This document shows, in pieces, positions 18,070 to 29,042 of a DNA stretch of 54,974 nucleotides. This DNA is from an uncultured delta proteobacterium. GTDB taxonomy: Bacteria; Desulfobacterota; Binatia; UBA9968. Numbering within the stretch: the stretch's first letter is position 1; every line of letters starts with the position of its first letter. Under the pieces are notes generated by a model, which did no database searches, was not told where the DNA came from, and saw only the letters and a program-made list of their open reading frames with translations. Both the position numbers and the translations under genes were made by a program. Location: positions 1-54,974 of the forward strand of contig CAVUZH010000007.1 of the NCBI GenBank assembly GCA_963745835.1, in the 5' to 3' direction.

Positions 18070-19133
18070 GCTTGCGCGACGTCGTTGTCCGTTACGGCGA
18101 TACTGCGACGTTGCAGATTGCTGCTCTCGAGTTACAAGCCGGCGAAGTTCTGGCGATCATCGGGCCCAACGGCAGTGGCAAGTCCACTTTGTTGCGCGTT
18201 ATGGGCTTGCTCCAACGTCCGAGCGACGGCACGGTGATGTTCCGAGGGGAGAATGCATTTGGCGGTAATTTACTCCGGCGCCGACGGCGCTGCGCGACTG
18301 TGTTTCAAGAACCACTGCTGCTCAATGCCACTGTTTATGAAAACGCCGTCCTCGGTTTAAAGCTCCGCGGGCTTTCCAACCATGAGATCGCGCGGCGCCT
18401 CGATCCGTGGCTGGAGCGGCTTGGCATTGGCCATCTGCGACAACGTTTCGCTCGCAGCTTGTCCGGTGGAGAAGCCCAACGCACCAGCCTCGTGCGCGCC
18501 CTCGTCCTCGAGCCTGAAATTCTGCTGCTCGACGAGCCTTTCGCGGCATTGGATCCCGCCACACGTGAAGCTTTGCTCCGTGATTTCCAGGCGATTCTGA
18601 ACGAGAGCAAGATAACCGCCGTCTTCGTCACTCACGACCGTAACGAGGCCTTCGGTCTCGCCGGGCGCATCGCGGTTTTGCACCACGGCCGCGTGGCTCA
18701 AATTGGCGCGCGTGAGGATGTCTTCCATCGTCCAGCGAGCGAGATCGTGGCCGACATTGTCGGGATCGAAAATCGCCTGCCGGGAGTAGTCGAGGACTGC
18801 GACGGCAGGTACGTCACAATTTGCGTCAACCAGATCAGGTTAAGAGTCGCGGGACAATTGATGCCGGGCACGCGGGTGATCGTTTGCCTGCGCCCGGAGA
18901 GCCTGATGATCAGCCGGGACAATTTCCGAGCAAGTGATTCCAACCGTCTCACCGGCATAATCAAAGGGGTCATGGCTGGTCTGATGCACCAACGAATAAC
19001 TTTGGAGTGTGACGGGCTGCCGCTGGTGGCGCTGATAGAACGACAACCTTGCGTTAATCTGAAATTAGCGGAACGAGAAATGGTTACGATAGCTTTCAGC
19101 TTCAGCGCAGCACATATCATCATCACTCACTAA
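18051..19133 (+). CDS. tupC: Tungstate ABC transporter ATPase with C-terminal TOBE-like region
   Basis: Walker A GPNGSGKS, LSGGE signature, LLLDEP, VTHD. Confidence 0.9.
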   Translation: MAATLLSLRDVVVRYGDTATLQIAALELQAGEVLAIIGPNGSGKSTLLRVMGLLQRPSDGTVMFRGENAFGGNLLRRRRRCATVFQEPLLLNATVYENAVLGLKLRGLSNHEIARRLDPWLERLGIGHLRQRFARSLSGGEAQRTSLVRALVLEPEILLLDEPFAALDPATREALLRDFQAILNESKITAVFVTHDRNEAFGLAGRIAVLHHGRVAQIGAREDVFHRPASEIVADIVGIENRLPGVVEDCDGRYVTICVNQIRLRVAGQLMPGTRVIVCLRPESLMISRDNFRASDSNRLTGIIKGVMAGLMHQRITLECDGLPLVALIERQPCVNLKLAEREMVTIAFSFSAAHIIITH

Positions 19134-19207
19134 AGATACGGGCGCCCAAGCTACCGAACCTGTCGTGGCCGGCAAGTGATCTAGCGGTGGCTTCGGCGTC
19201 AAGCTGT

Positions 19208-20155
19208 TCACAGGCCTTGATTCCGATGACCAAACACTTCAGCAAGGAAATCGTTTAACAAAGAAAGTACTTTGTCTGGTTTTTCTTCGTGCGGCACATG
19301 ACCGACTTCATCGACAATCACCGCTTTGCAGCGGGGCAGTACCCGGCACACGCCCTCGGCGCTCTCCTGTGAAATTATCTGATCATGTTTGCCGATGATA
19401 TTCAGTGTCGAAATCTGCAGTTTTGTAAGCGCCTCCCGAAGCCCTGAAATATCCGCTGGAATCATCTGCCGAGCTGTGGTTATGAGTGCGTGTTCCGTTC
19501 CGGGTATTCTTTGGTATTTAGCATAGAGCTCTACCAGAGAGTCGGTGACCTTGGCATCATCATAATACGCGCGTTTGAGTATGAGCCGAGTCCCAAAACT
19601 AGCCGGCGTAAGCTTTGCGGCAATCGACGCAATCACGGGAAGGCGCAAAAGCCGCAGGTAAAAAGGCAGATTATCGCCATCGAGGCTGCCGGCTATCAGG
19701 ACAATCGCGGCGACTGTCGCCGAAGATTCCTGCTGCGCGTTTAAAGCCGCCATCAGAGCAATTGCGCAACCCAAAGAGTTGCCCACGAGCACGGCATTCT
19801 CGAGCTTGAGATGATCCATCAGCCCTAGTACGACTGCGGCATGATCTTGCAAAGAATAGCGATCGTCCAGCGGTCTCTCGGAATAACCGTGGCCCTTGAG
19901 ATCTAGAGAGATGATCCGATAATTGTTCTCGAGCCCCTGCTCCAGATAGCGCCAGGTATCGAGCGAAGCGCCGAAGCCGTGAATCAAGACGATCGGCTTG
20001 CCCGCACCCCGATCTCTGAAGTGGATCCTAACACCCTCGTGAAAGTAGCTGCTGGCGACGGCCTCGGCTGGAATCTCCGCGCTGAACACTGGTGAGCAGA
20101 TTAGCAGCAAGCTCATGACGACGAAGGCAACATATCTGCTGCAGAGCTTTTTCAT
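19208..20155 (-). CDS. Secreted alpha/beta hydrolase
   Basis: Signal peptide, HGFG oxyanion loop, GNSLG nucleophile elbow, GHVPHEE. Confidence 0.88.
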   Translation of the reverse strand: MKKLCSRYVAFVVMSLLLICSPVFSAEIPAEAVASSYFHEGVRIHFRDRGAGKPIVLIHGFGASLDTWRYLEQGLENNYRIISLDLKGHGYSERPLDDRYSLQDHAAVVLGLMDHLKLENAVLVGNSLGCAIALMAALNAQQESSATVAAIVLIAGSLDGDNLPFYLRLLRLPVIASIAAKLTPASFGTRLILKRAYYDDAKVTDSLVELYAKYQRIPGTEHALITTARQMIPADISGLREALTKLQISTLNIIGKHDQIISQESAEGVCRVLPRCKAVIVDEVGHVPHEEKPDKVLSLLNDFLAEVFGHRNQGL

Positions 20156-20266
20156 GCGCTCACTGCAATCTACCTTTGCATTCGTTCTTGCGAACCCATG
20201 GCCGCAAACCGGCTGGTGAAATAAGTGTGTTCGACAATCCGCGGATCTACTTTGGCGGCGTACGAT

Positions 20267-20884
20267 TTAATGCTTGGGCCCCGGAATAGGCACGACTCTC
20301 TTGCCTTCAATTTGCTCGATGTGCCGCATGAAGCGATAGACATTTTCTACCTCGTTGTACTCGAAGGCGGGCAGTTCACGCCAGGTCTTAAAATATTCCA
20401 TGCCGGATTCGGTCTTGGCTCCAATCATTGATAGCGCACTACGCTCTTTCGCCTTGCGTAGCTCGTTTCGATAATCATCCAGCGAAGCTGCCCAGGACGC
20501 GTTCTTCAAACCCGCGGCTTTGGCCATGCCGATCAGATCTGTGCCGGCGCTCGTCGCCGTGGGCCTGAGACCTGAAGCTTCATAAATACTGTTATCAAAT
20601 AGCAGCAGGGTGAGATTCGCAGGCTTCTGCCACGCCAGAGTCGCCAGTCCGCAGGCGTTCATTAATAACGCGCCGTCCCCGTCGATGCCAACGATGCGCC
20701 GGTTCGGCAACGCCAACGCGAGACCCATGGCAATGGAAGATACCAGTCCCAGCGTGCGGCAACGCAAGTTGCCATCGCTAGGCCTGATGGAATTCCATTC
20801 AGCCGCTGCACCGCCTACCGTAGTTATCACCAGCGCATCGGACATCTCGCTGGCGACGATTTTCAAGCAATCGTATCTTTTCAT
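20267..20884 (-). CDS. ThDP-dependent decarboxylase beta subunit (ComE / phosphonopyruvate decarboxylase-like)
   Basis: GDG...FDN ThDP-binding motif (DGDGALLMN...LFDNSIY). Confidence 0.85.
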   Translation of the reverse strand: MKRYDCLKIVASEMSDALVITTVGGAAAEWNSIRPSDGNLRCRTLGLVSSIAMGLALALPNRRIVGIDGDGALLMNACGLATLAWQKPANLTLLLFDNSIYEASGLRPTATSAGTDLIGMAKAAGLKNASWAASLDDYRNELRKAKERSALSMIGAKTESGMEYFKTWRELPAFEYNEVENVYRFMRHIEQIEGKRVVPIPGPKH

Positions 20885-21387
20885 TTTCTCATGCCAAGAA
20901 CATCTTTGGTCAAAAGCAGCGCTACCGGCCTTCTTGAATCAATGGCTAAAGTGGTTGCGCCCTTGATTGTAGCCCTGATCTCGTGCTGACTGCGCAGTAC
21001 CCAATAGCGTATTCCAAGTCCTCTAAGCACCGGCTCGGTGACCGAGCCGAGCATAGAAAAGCCTTCATCGCCAAGATCACCGGCATAGTAAATCAAAAGC
21101 AGAATCGGAATATTGAAATTAAGCGCGGTCGTCGTCAGCGCATTGCAGCTGTTGAGAAAACCGCCGTTTTGCATGATAACCGCTGGCATCAGACCACCCA
21201 TGTATGCGCCGGCGCAGATGCCAATACCCTCTTCCTCTCGCGCCAATGTCACGTGAGTCAGTTCCGGCTCGGCATCCACAAGCGCCAGGAGTTTCTGCAG
21301 ATTGGCGTCCGGCAGCGATGTGATGAAGCTCACGCCGGCTTCTTTCATGGCTCCAACGATTAGTTGAGGTCCGTTGTCTTCGGCCAT
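20881..21387 (-). CDS. ThDP-dependent decarboxylase alpha subunit (ComD-like)
   Basis: SLPD, REEEGIGICAG, MQNGGFLN; overlaps the beta-subunit gene by 4 nt. Confidence 0.85.
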   Translation of the reverse strand: MAEDNGPQLIVGAMKEAGVSFITSLPDANLQKLLALVDAEPELTHVTLAREEEGIGICAGAYMGGLMPAVIMQNGGFLNSCNALTTTALNFNIPILLLIYYAGDLGDEGFSMLGSVTEPVLRGLGIRYWVLRSQHEIRATIKGATTLAIDSRRPVALLLTKDVLGMRK

Positions 21388-21403
21388 ATCGTTATTCCGC
21401 GCT

Positions 21404-22423
21404 CTATTTGAGAACGTCCCTCAACTTGCTCACCACCCCGGGAGCGAGTTTGAAAAGACCACTGACCGTTTTTTCCAATTCATCGCCGGTCATAGGGTCA
21501 ACACCCAATTTAGACTTTTTGGCATCAGCGATAAATTCCGCATCCTTCATGGTATCGGCGAAAGCTTTGCGCACGATCTCGACTCGATCTTTTGGTGTGC
21601 CCGGCGGCAGGACATACGAATAGGTCAAATCGGAGACATCGTGAATGCCCGCCTGGATGAGCTGGCGCGACTCCTCGGTCTTCGCAACACTGATCGCCAA
21701 TGGAACCTTCGGCAGCTCCGCAATCGGCTGTGATACAGTTTGGAGCACGACAATCGCCTCGCTCGATTCCAGAGCCCTCGTCCACGTTGCCTTGAGTGAA
21801 TCCCACGTCCAGCCGCAAACCCCAGCCAACTCCCCGCCTTCTGCGGCCAAACGAACATCGGCAATACCTTTATAGCCGGAGACCAGCTGAATGGGCAGAT
21901 TCAATGCTTCTTTAAGGATCAATGGAACATTGTGTGTCGCCGAACCTGGTCCGGTGGCGCCGAGCTTTAGCGGCGCCTTGGATGCCATCCATTTTTCAAA
22001 GCTGGTATAGCCACTGGCCTTGGTCATGACGCAGACGGATTTATCTTTGACCGGCACGCCGATGTATTCATATTTGAGGGCATCGAACTCAATTCCGGGC
22101 CAACCCAGAAGCTGCTGCATGAAGATCCCGCCGTTGATATTGCCAATGGTAAGTCCGTCGGGCTTAGCGACTTTAAAAACGTGATTAGCGGCAACCAGAC
22201 TACCGGCGCCGGTCATGTTTTCGACAATGACGCTGGGATTACCGGGCAAATGCTTACCTATATGTCTGGAGATCGCTCTGCTATAAACATCAAAGCCGCC
22301 ACCGGCGCTGAAACCGACTACGAGACGCACCGTTTTCCCCTTGTAAAAAGGCTCCTGCGCATGGGCGGAGATCGCATTCGAAAATAACAAGCAAACAACC
22401 AGCACAGTCTTCACAAGCTTCAT
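21404..22423 (-). CDS. Tripartite tricarboxylate transporter substrate-binding protein (TctC/Bug)
   Basis: VGFSAGGGFD..SR, VENMTGAG, PDGLT, GYKG. Confidence 0.9.
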   Translation of the reverse strand: MKLVKTVLVVCLLFSNAISAHAQEPFYKGKTVRLVVGFSAGGGFDVYSRAISRHIGKHLPGNPSVIVENMTGAGSLVAANHVFKVAKPDGLTIGNINGGIFMQQLLGWPGIEFDALKYEYIGVPVKDKSVCVMTKASGYTSFEKWMASKAPLKLGATGPGSATHNVPLILKEALNLPIQLVSGYKGIADVRLAAEGGELAGVCGWTWDSLKATWTRALESSEAIVVLQTVSQPIAELPKVPLAISVAKTEESRQLIQAGIHDVSDLTYSYVLPPGTPKDRVEIVRKAFADTMKDAEFIADAKKSKLGVDPMTGDELEKTVSGLFKLAPGVVSKLRDVLK

Positions 22424-22622
22424 AGTCTTCCTTCTGAAAAATTTAGCTTAGAACAGTCAGAACAGTTATCGCGAAATTATGCGAGGTGGCGGGGTTCTGT
22501 CAATCGGTGCAGGTTATGCCTGCGCTCTGTGACTGTGCTCTGGTCGTTGATCCTGCCTGGTACCGCACCGGTTTCTGCTCGAGCTGTCACTGAAGTTGAC
22601 AGTACTTTCACTGTCAGAGAGA

Positions 22623-23483
22623 ATGAGTGTAGACGTGATTACAAGTAGTCTTCGCATTATTCTTGTTCTAGTCGCGTTTTTGTTCCTGATCAGCGTTTGC
22701 GGTTTTTACGTTTCCATTCGCCCGCCCAAGATCATTTCCTCGATCACTCCCCGCGCTTATAACATGCAATACGAAAACGTCTCGTTCAAGACGGCGGACG
22801 GAATCACGTTGCGCGGCTGGCATGTGCCGTCGGAGAAGCAGACTGACAAGACGTTGATCCTGCTGCACGGCTATCCGGCAGACAAGGGCGACATACTGCC
22901 GGCGCTTGCTTTCCTGCAAAAAGATTTCAATCTTCTCTTGTTCGATTTTCGTTATCTCGGCGAAAGCGAAGGTAGTTATTCCACGGCCGGAGCCAGAGAG
23001 GTCGAAGATCTGCTGGCGGCGATTCGATTTCTCAAGACCCGAGCTATCACAGAAGTGGGAGTATGGGGCTTTTCGATGGGTGGCGCGGTGGCTTTGATGG
23101 CGATCGAAAGGGCTCCCGAGATCAGAGCGGTGGTGGCGGAATCGAGCTATGCAAGCCTCTTTCAGATGGCTTTGGAGTATTTTAAAGTCCGCTTGATCAA
23201 TTATCCTATCGCTTATCTCATCGGTTTATGGGCTAAGCTCTTTCTCGGCATCGATCTGAGAGATGCTTCCCCAGCAGAAAGAGTCCGCAACAGCGCGATT
23301 CCGATCCTGATCACCCATTCGTCTACCGACGCTGTGGTTCCGTTTTCTCACGCGAAACTACTGCAGCAAGCATTGATCAACAATCCTCGCGCCGAATTCT
23401 GGTTTAATTCCGAGTTCGCGCACGGCCAGCTGGATGCCGAATACAGAACCAGGCTACAAAACTTCTTTCGTAACAATCTCTAA
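22623..23483 (+). CDS. Membrane-anchored alpha/beta hydrolase
   Basis: N-terminal TM segment, LRGW, LHGY, GFSMGG, D.VVP, catalytic His near the C-terminus. Confidence 0.85.
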   Translation: MSVDVITSSLRIILVLVAFLFLISVCGFYVSIRPPKIISSITPRAYNMQYENVSFKTADGITLRGWHVPSEKQTDKTLILLHGYPADKGDILPALAFLQKDFNLLLFDFRYLGESEGSYSTAGAREVEDLLAAIRFLKTRAITEVGVWGFSMGGAVALMAIERAPEIRAVVAESSYASLFQMALEYFKVRLINYPIAYLIGLWAKLFLGIDLRDASPAERVRNSAIPILITHSSTDAVVPFSHAKLLQQALINNPRAEFWFNSEFAHGQLDAEYRTRLQNFFRNNL

Positions 23484-23562
23484 GACCACGCCGCTATCAT
23501 GGGTTAACCTTTACAGAGCAGAGACAACGGTAAAGTAGAATCTCTGGTCATGACCGGCATCT

Positions 23563-25263
23563 TTAGCGTCGTTGCGGATTCAAAGAGACGAGATTCCAGG
23601 TCGTGCTACCGAGAGAATCCCTAACCACCACTTCGCCCGATCCGGACATCGGTAGACTTTTGAGGTCGCGCTCTTTTATTAGCAGATAACTATTTTTGGG
23701 TTGCCGGAGGACGTCGGCAAGATCGCCCGGTGAAGACAACACGGAAATGACTTCTCGCTCGGTATAGAAATTGAAATCATCCATGGTATCGGCATAGATG
23801 TAGAGAGGAGCGGCGGGCGGGACGACTTTGTTGATTTCCAACGAAAACAGCCGGCGCGACTTGAATTGATTGACGTATGGCAGGATCTCGTTCGAACCCG
23901 ACACCGTGACCAAGGCCATGAGCAATGCCACCGTCATGACAGCCTTCAACGGCCGGCGTTTTCGAATGAAAATAACCGTAACCATTCCGCCGATAGTCAT
24001 AACCAGACCGAGGGGCAGGCTGATCCAGAAAGTTTCCCTGCGACCGACCCAGGCAATTAGGGGCATCACTAAACCGATGATAGCCACAGCGCCGAAACAA
24101 AATTGGCTCAACCAGCGGTAAAGCGCGCCGTCAAATAGTCGATTTGCCGTCAAATCCTCGATGTAGTTGCCGACCAGCAAAGCCATGGTAGGCATCAGCG
24201 GCAGGAGGTATAGGTCGCGCTTGGTATCGGAAAAGCTGAAGAACAGAAATACCACCAGAAAACATAACGAAAAAAACAGCGGGATCGGCCGCTGCGTTAG
24301 TCCTCGATAAGGAAAATAAGCGGCGATGGCAGGAATGGCGAAGACGGTCCACGGCATGAAGTCCGCCGGCAAAGTCGTCAAATAATAATAGACCGGCTGC
24401 CGGTGGCCCATCCCGTCCGTGTAGCGTTGGAGATGATGAATGTAAATAAAATCCGCGAGCCATTTTCCATCGGTAGCGCTGTTAATCAAATAAAACCATG
24501 GCGCTGCAATCAGAAGGAATATCGGAATCCCTAGTTGCAGCTTTGCATCGATGATGATGCGCCAATCACGCCGGACAATCGCAAATGCGGCAAGCAAAAG
24601 CCCCGGCAACACAATACCGATCAGCCCTTTAGCGAGAACCGCCAGGCCCATAAAGACGTAGGCCCAGAGAATTTCGCGCTTTTCACCCTTACCCAACAGA
24701 GAACGAGCGCCGAAGTAAATCGTCAGGAGAAAGAAGAATCCGAAGAGCATGTCAATATGCGCCCAGCGCGCTTCCCAGATGACACGCATCGAAGTCGCCA
24801 GCGCCACCCCGGCCACCAACCCCACCTTCGGGCCGAAGAAGTCGCGGCCGGTGAAATAGGTCGTCAAGACTAAGCCGATACCCGCCAGAGCCGACGGCAG
24901 ACGCACCGTCCATTCGTTTACCCCGCCCGCTACTTTGGACGCAATCAGCGCCAGCCAAAAATAAAGGATCGGCTTGTCGGTATAGAGATCACCATTGACT
25001 GTCGGCACCACCCATTCACCTTTGGCAAACATGATCCGGACGATTTCGGCATAACGGGGTTCCACCGGCGCCCACAAGTCACGCGCGCCAAGAAGCGGCA
25101 GAAACAGCAGAGCCGCCAAGAACAGCAGCGCGCCGGCATGCTGAGTCGTTGCGAAATCCGAGCAGCCGTTCCACGTCTTCATTCGAGTTGAGCTTGCTTT
25201 TAATTTTGAATTCAGCGGCCTTCTGACTGCGGCCTCTTGCATTATTTCCGTGACTCTCTCCAA
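23563..25263 (-). CDS. ArnT/GT39-like (GT-C fold) membrane glycosyltransferase 1 (true start may be 25242 or 25182)
   Basis: EPRYAE, DKPILYFW, RLPSA, KG.IG, H.QP.YYY, KR..YLLP motifs. Confidence 0.9.
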   Translation of the reverse strand: MERVTEIMQEAAVRRPLNSKLKASSTRMKTWNGCSDFATTQHAGALLFLAALLFLPLLGARDLWAPVEPRYAEIVRIMFAKGEWVVPTVNGDLYTDKPILYFWLALIASKVAGGVNEWTVRLPSALAGIGLVLTTYFTGRDFFGPKVGLVAGVALATSMRVIWEARWAHIDMLFGFFFLLTIYFGARSLLGKGEKREILWAYVFMGLAVLAKGLIGIVLPGLLLAAFAIVRRDWRIIIDAKLQLGIPIFLLIAAPWFYLINSATDGKWLADFIYIHHLQRYTDGMGHRQPVYYYLTTLPADFMPWTVFAIPAIAAYFPYRGLTQRPIPLFFSLCFLVVFLFFSFSDTKRDLYLLPLMPTMALLVGNYIEDLTANRLFDGALYRWLSQFCFGAVAIIGLVMPLIAWVGRRETFWISLPLGLVMTIGGMVTVIFIRKRRPLKAVMTVALLMALVTVSGSNEILPYVNQFKSRRLFSLEINKVVPPAAPLYIYADTMDDFNFYTEREVISVLSSPGDLADVLRQPKNSYLLIKERDLKSLPMSGSGEVVVRDSLGSTTWNLVSLNPQRR

Positions 25264-25365
25264 AAGATTACATGCCTCCGCAGCAGAGTTATCGTCGCCG
25301 CGTTGACCGCTGGGTTCAAAGCCCGCAATCGGATATCCGGATGCTTGTACATTACCGCGGCAAGG

Positions 25366-25412
25366 TTGCTGGAACCTTTCGTCAAGATTACAGTTTTGAA
25401 GGGTTGGAAAGG
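25366..25412 (-). repeat. 47-bp upstream element, copy 1 (putative response-regulator box and promoter)
   Basis: 43/47 identical to 31285-31331; minus-strand core CTTCA-N4-TGTAAT-N6-GAAAGG. Confidence 0.75.
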
Positions 25413-25437
25413 AGAAGGGAGGAAAAGGCCAGGGGGA

Positions 25438-26291
25438 TCAAACGGCGACGCTATGCCGCTGGCTGTTGCCAATCCGAATCTCGGATCTTTGATAGCAGTG
25501 CATGGAGGTAGATTGGGGGCACTGATTCAAACGATCACCAGTCGCGATTTCTTCTTGCCGTCGACGTAAGTAAAAATTTGTTATAGCTGACTGCTCTTTT
25601 TTGAGCCGGAGAAGGATTAGGTATCCCAACGTTAAAGCAAGAGATAACTTCAGGGGGAAAGAAATCGTCGAGCCCGTAACCGACCAGCCATAAAGGAGAT
25701 AAGTTCGCCAGATCGGAATCAGGATCAGCCCCATCATCAAGCCGACAACCGTGCCCAAATCCTTCCTGAGACTACGCCTCCAACAAAACGCATCCCTGTA
25801 AACGGCTGCAGAATGCGATCCAAGCGAGGGATAAAGCGATTGACCTTCACGCAATAGGTATCGTAATCGACGCCGAACCGGTTATGCAGGTACGCGTCCT
25901 CCGCGGCAATCAAGGACTGATAAAGGAAGAGGAAGAGCGGTATTAAAATGATGTATCCCAGAGGCGATCTTAGAAACATTGTCATCCCCACCGCAATCAG
26001 CACGTTGCCGATGTACATGGGATTGCGCACCAGACCGAAGACCCCTCCCTGAACCAGCCGCCCCGCATACACGCGTCCTTCTTTACCGCCACGATGAATG
26101 TACTCAAAACCGATGGTTACCAGCCTAACAGCTTCTCCGAGCAAGACGATGATCATGCCGCAGGCGGCCACCAAGCGATCGGCAAGCGGGCTCCCGAACA
26201 TGATGCTCGGCCGGAGATTCAGAGCCGCAAGAATAAAAATGAGGGGGAAAAGACCATTGCGGTACTGGAAGAAGAAGTTACCCACTGACAT
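25438..26291 (-). CDS. ICMT/PEMT-family integral-membrane methyltransferase (frameshift near 25780; 3' end uncertain)
   Basis: R.VT.G, LV.GG.F..VRNPMY.GN, E...L...FG..Y..Y...V.RF.P motifs; the C-terminal TM part lies in ORF 25438-25854. Confidence 0.8.
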
Positions 26292-26360
26292 TTATTGACT
26301 TACTTTCGATAGGCCTTCTCCGCCGCTGACCGAGTCGCCGGAACCATGTGATCCATAAAG

Positions 26361-27085
26361 TTACTTGACTGCGATCATGCCGCAGAAGTTGTACCACTTG
26401 AAGAAGAGATCGCAGAAACTGAATCCGCTGCTCAGAAACAGCTCGAAATCCTCTTCGAGCCTGTAGGGTATTAAGACGTTTTCAAGGGCTTCACGTTTTT
26501 GGGCAATTTCGAGCTGGCTGTAGCCATTACGCTGTTTGAAATCATAATAGTATTTGATGAACGAGCGGTTGATCTTGGGATCTTTACTGAGCACTTTCTC
26601 GACGACCAGGAGGCAACTACCCGGAGTCATTCCTCTGGCGATATTGCTGATGACACGATGCCGGCGCACGGGCCGGATAAATTGCAGCGTCAGGTTGATA
26701 ATCACCACCGAAGCGTTGGTGATTTCAATGTCCTCGTTAAGATCGGCGCAAATGAGCTGGTAATCTCGCCTTATTCCGTGCTGGTTGATTTTTCCCGGGC
26801 ACGATCGAGCATCTCATTGGAAAAGTCGACGCCGACAAAGCGGATGTTCGGTGGAAGAAGCGGGTCTAACTTCACAAACGCGTTGCAGGTCGAGCAGCCA
26901 AGATCGTAAAGCTGGGTCCCTTCCACAGCGTAGTCCAAGGCGATTTCTCCGATCATTCGCTGCACTTCGGAATAGAAAGGCACCGAACGGTCGAGCATGT
27001 CATCAAAAACAACCGCTGTATCTTTGCCGAAATCGAAATCTCTGATTTCGTCTCTTTTCTCGCTGAACAAATAATCGTGAGCCAT
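26361..27085 (-). CDS. cmoA: Carboxy-S-adenosyl-L-methionine synthase (frameshift near 26790)
   Basis: FDDMLDRSVPFY, YDLGCST, NLTLQF, GYSQLEIAQKREALENVL, KWYNF motifs. Confidence 0.88.
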
Positions 27086-27110
27086 AAAGCACTTTCCTGA
27101 TAATTTGTAT

Positions 27111-28897
27111 TTATCCTCGCATCTGAATTAAAACCAAAGGCGCGTCGCCTTCCGGACCCGTACTCGTGCTTGATAAAACCGGCCCGGGGAGACTTTGGTC
27201 ATAACGTTTAATTTCTTCCCAGCTTCGTTTGGCCATGATGATGTAGTTGTTACCGGATCCAATCTTGGTCGCGAGCGCTTGCGGTAATTGGTGGATCGTT
27301 TCGATGGGAGCGCGATGATAAAAGACCACGGAATCGCTATTAAAGAATTCTCCGAATAGGTAGAGTTCGTCGCCCGGCTTGAGCCGCTGATCCACCTGTT
27401 CGATGAACGAGCGATAGCTTTTTGCTTCTGCGATGGCCGGCATGACCATACCCCGACTTACCAACGCAGCCAGAAGCGAGATCAATATCAGTATCGGGGT
27501 AGCCGCCATCGGCCGACCAGCCCACAGCCGTCGAGCTAACGAAAACCAAAGAAGCGAACATATCAACGCGAGAAGCGTAAATGACCTGCCGAAGCCGGCG
27601 AAAGAGGTTTCCGCAAGAATCAGATTGGCGCGGTCTTTTGATTTGAGAAAACTCTCGACGGGCGCGAAAAACCACCCGGCATCATGGTTCCACAAGGCGC
27701 CCAAACTGATAATCAGCAGCAGAACACCCACTACCCCGGCGAGTATCGCAACCGAGCGATAACCGAAAGTTCGCGCAGATAGCGCTTTGTAGCGATAAAA
27801 CCAAACTGCCACTAACATCGACAGAGCGGGATAAAGTGGCAGGAGATACACCGGACGCTTGCCCATCGAGACAGAAAAGAACGCGAACATGACCAGCACC
27901 CAGACGGTCAAAAAAAGAATATCTTCGCCAAGCGACGATCTCTTTTTGAACAAATCCCAAACCACGAATGATAACAACAGACTCCATGGCAGCCCGCCAA
28001 AGAAAAGATATGGAATGTAATAGTAAAGCGGATGGCTATGGCCCGAACCGCCATAGAATCGCTCGATATTTTCCTGGAGGAGTTGGTGATCCATAAATCC
28101 TTCTCCGCCCCGGATAAGCGCGATTGCGTACCAGCCGATACCTACGAGCAACGTCAAAATCAGCCCGGGATGACAAGAGAACTTGAAAAATAGGTCCCAT
28201 CTCTTCTTGAGCGCCTATAAAAGAAGCGATGACAAGCGCAGGTAGCAATATACCCAGCGGCCCTTTTGCCAGAACGCCTATGCCAAGAGTTAGATAGAAA
28301 AGATAATACCAGAGCCGGCGGGTCAGGAACCGCCGATAAAGCGAATAGAAAATCACCAGGCTTAGGGTCACAAAAAAACACAAGGTCATGTCGACACGCG
28401 CAGTGATCGCCTGGCTGGAATAGACCAGGCTCGTGCCAAGAATTACGCCGCCGAGAAGACCAACCTGCGCCCCAAAAAGTTTGCGGGCAAAAACGTAAAC
28501 AAGCAAAACACCCCATGTCGCATATAAGGCCGAGGGAAAGCGAATTGTGAATTCGTCAAGCCTGCCCATGTACTTTGGATACCGATGCTGCCGACCAATG
28601 GAATAGCGGTGGCTTGGAAGGTATGTCCGTTGCTCTCTTCAGAGGGAACAACCATTCGCCGCGTCGCACGATATCTTGCACGGCCAGAGCTTCTCTGGGC
28701 TCCCCCTTATCGAAAAACGCAGTACTGCCCAGGTAAGGAAAGTATAAAACACCGCACAGGACACTTAGAAGAAACAAGTGGAGAATCGAGCTGGCGTCGG
28801 GTTCGACAATCGTCTCAAAAAGCCGGGCAGTTAACACGTGCATGGACGATCTCCCTGGTGACCCATCGATGCTCTCGAGTGCCATAGGTCTCTTCAA
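27111..28897 (-). CDS. ArnT/GT39-like glycosyltransferase 2 (frameshifts near 28570 and 28215)
   Basis: EPREA, SKPPLFHW, RFPSA, ARVDM, KGPLG, HSHPLYYY and KRPVYLLP across ORFs 28556-28897, 28036-28569 and 27111-28157. Confidence 0.85.
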
Positions 28898-29042
28898 TTC
28901 CAGACAAGCCGCAAAGAACGGTAATTCGAGCCGGAGATCGGGCGGTTGATTCGATGCTGATCTCTCCTCCGCAACTGACCAATCACAGCGAAATTCGTTT
29001 TTCTGGAGCCGTAGCTAGTAGACGCGCAACTATGATTCTGCA

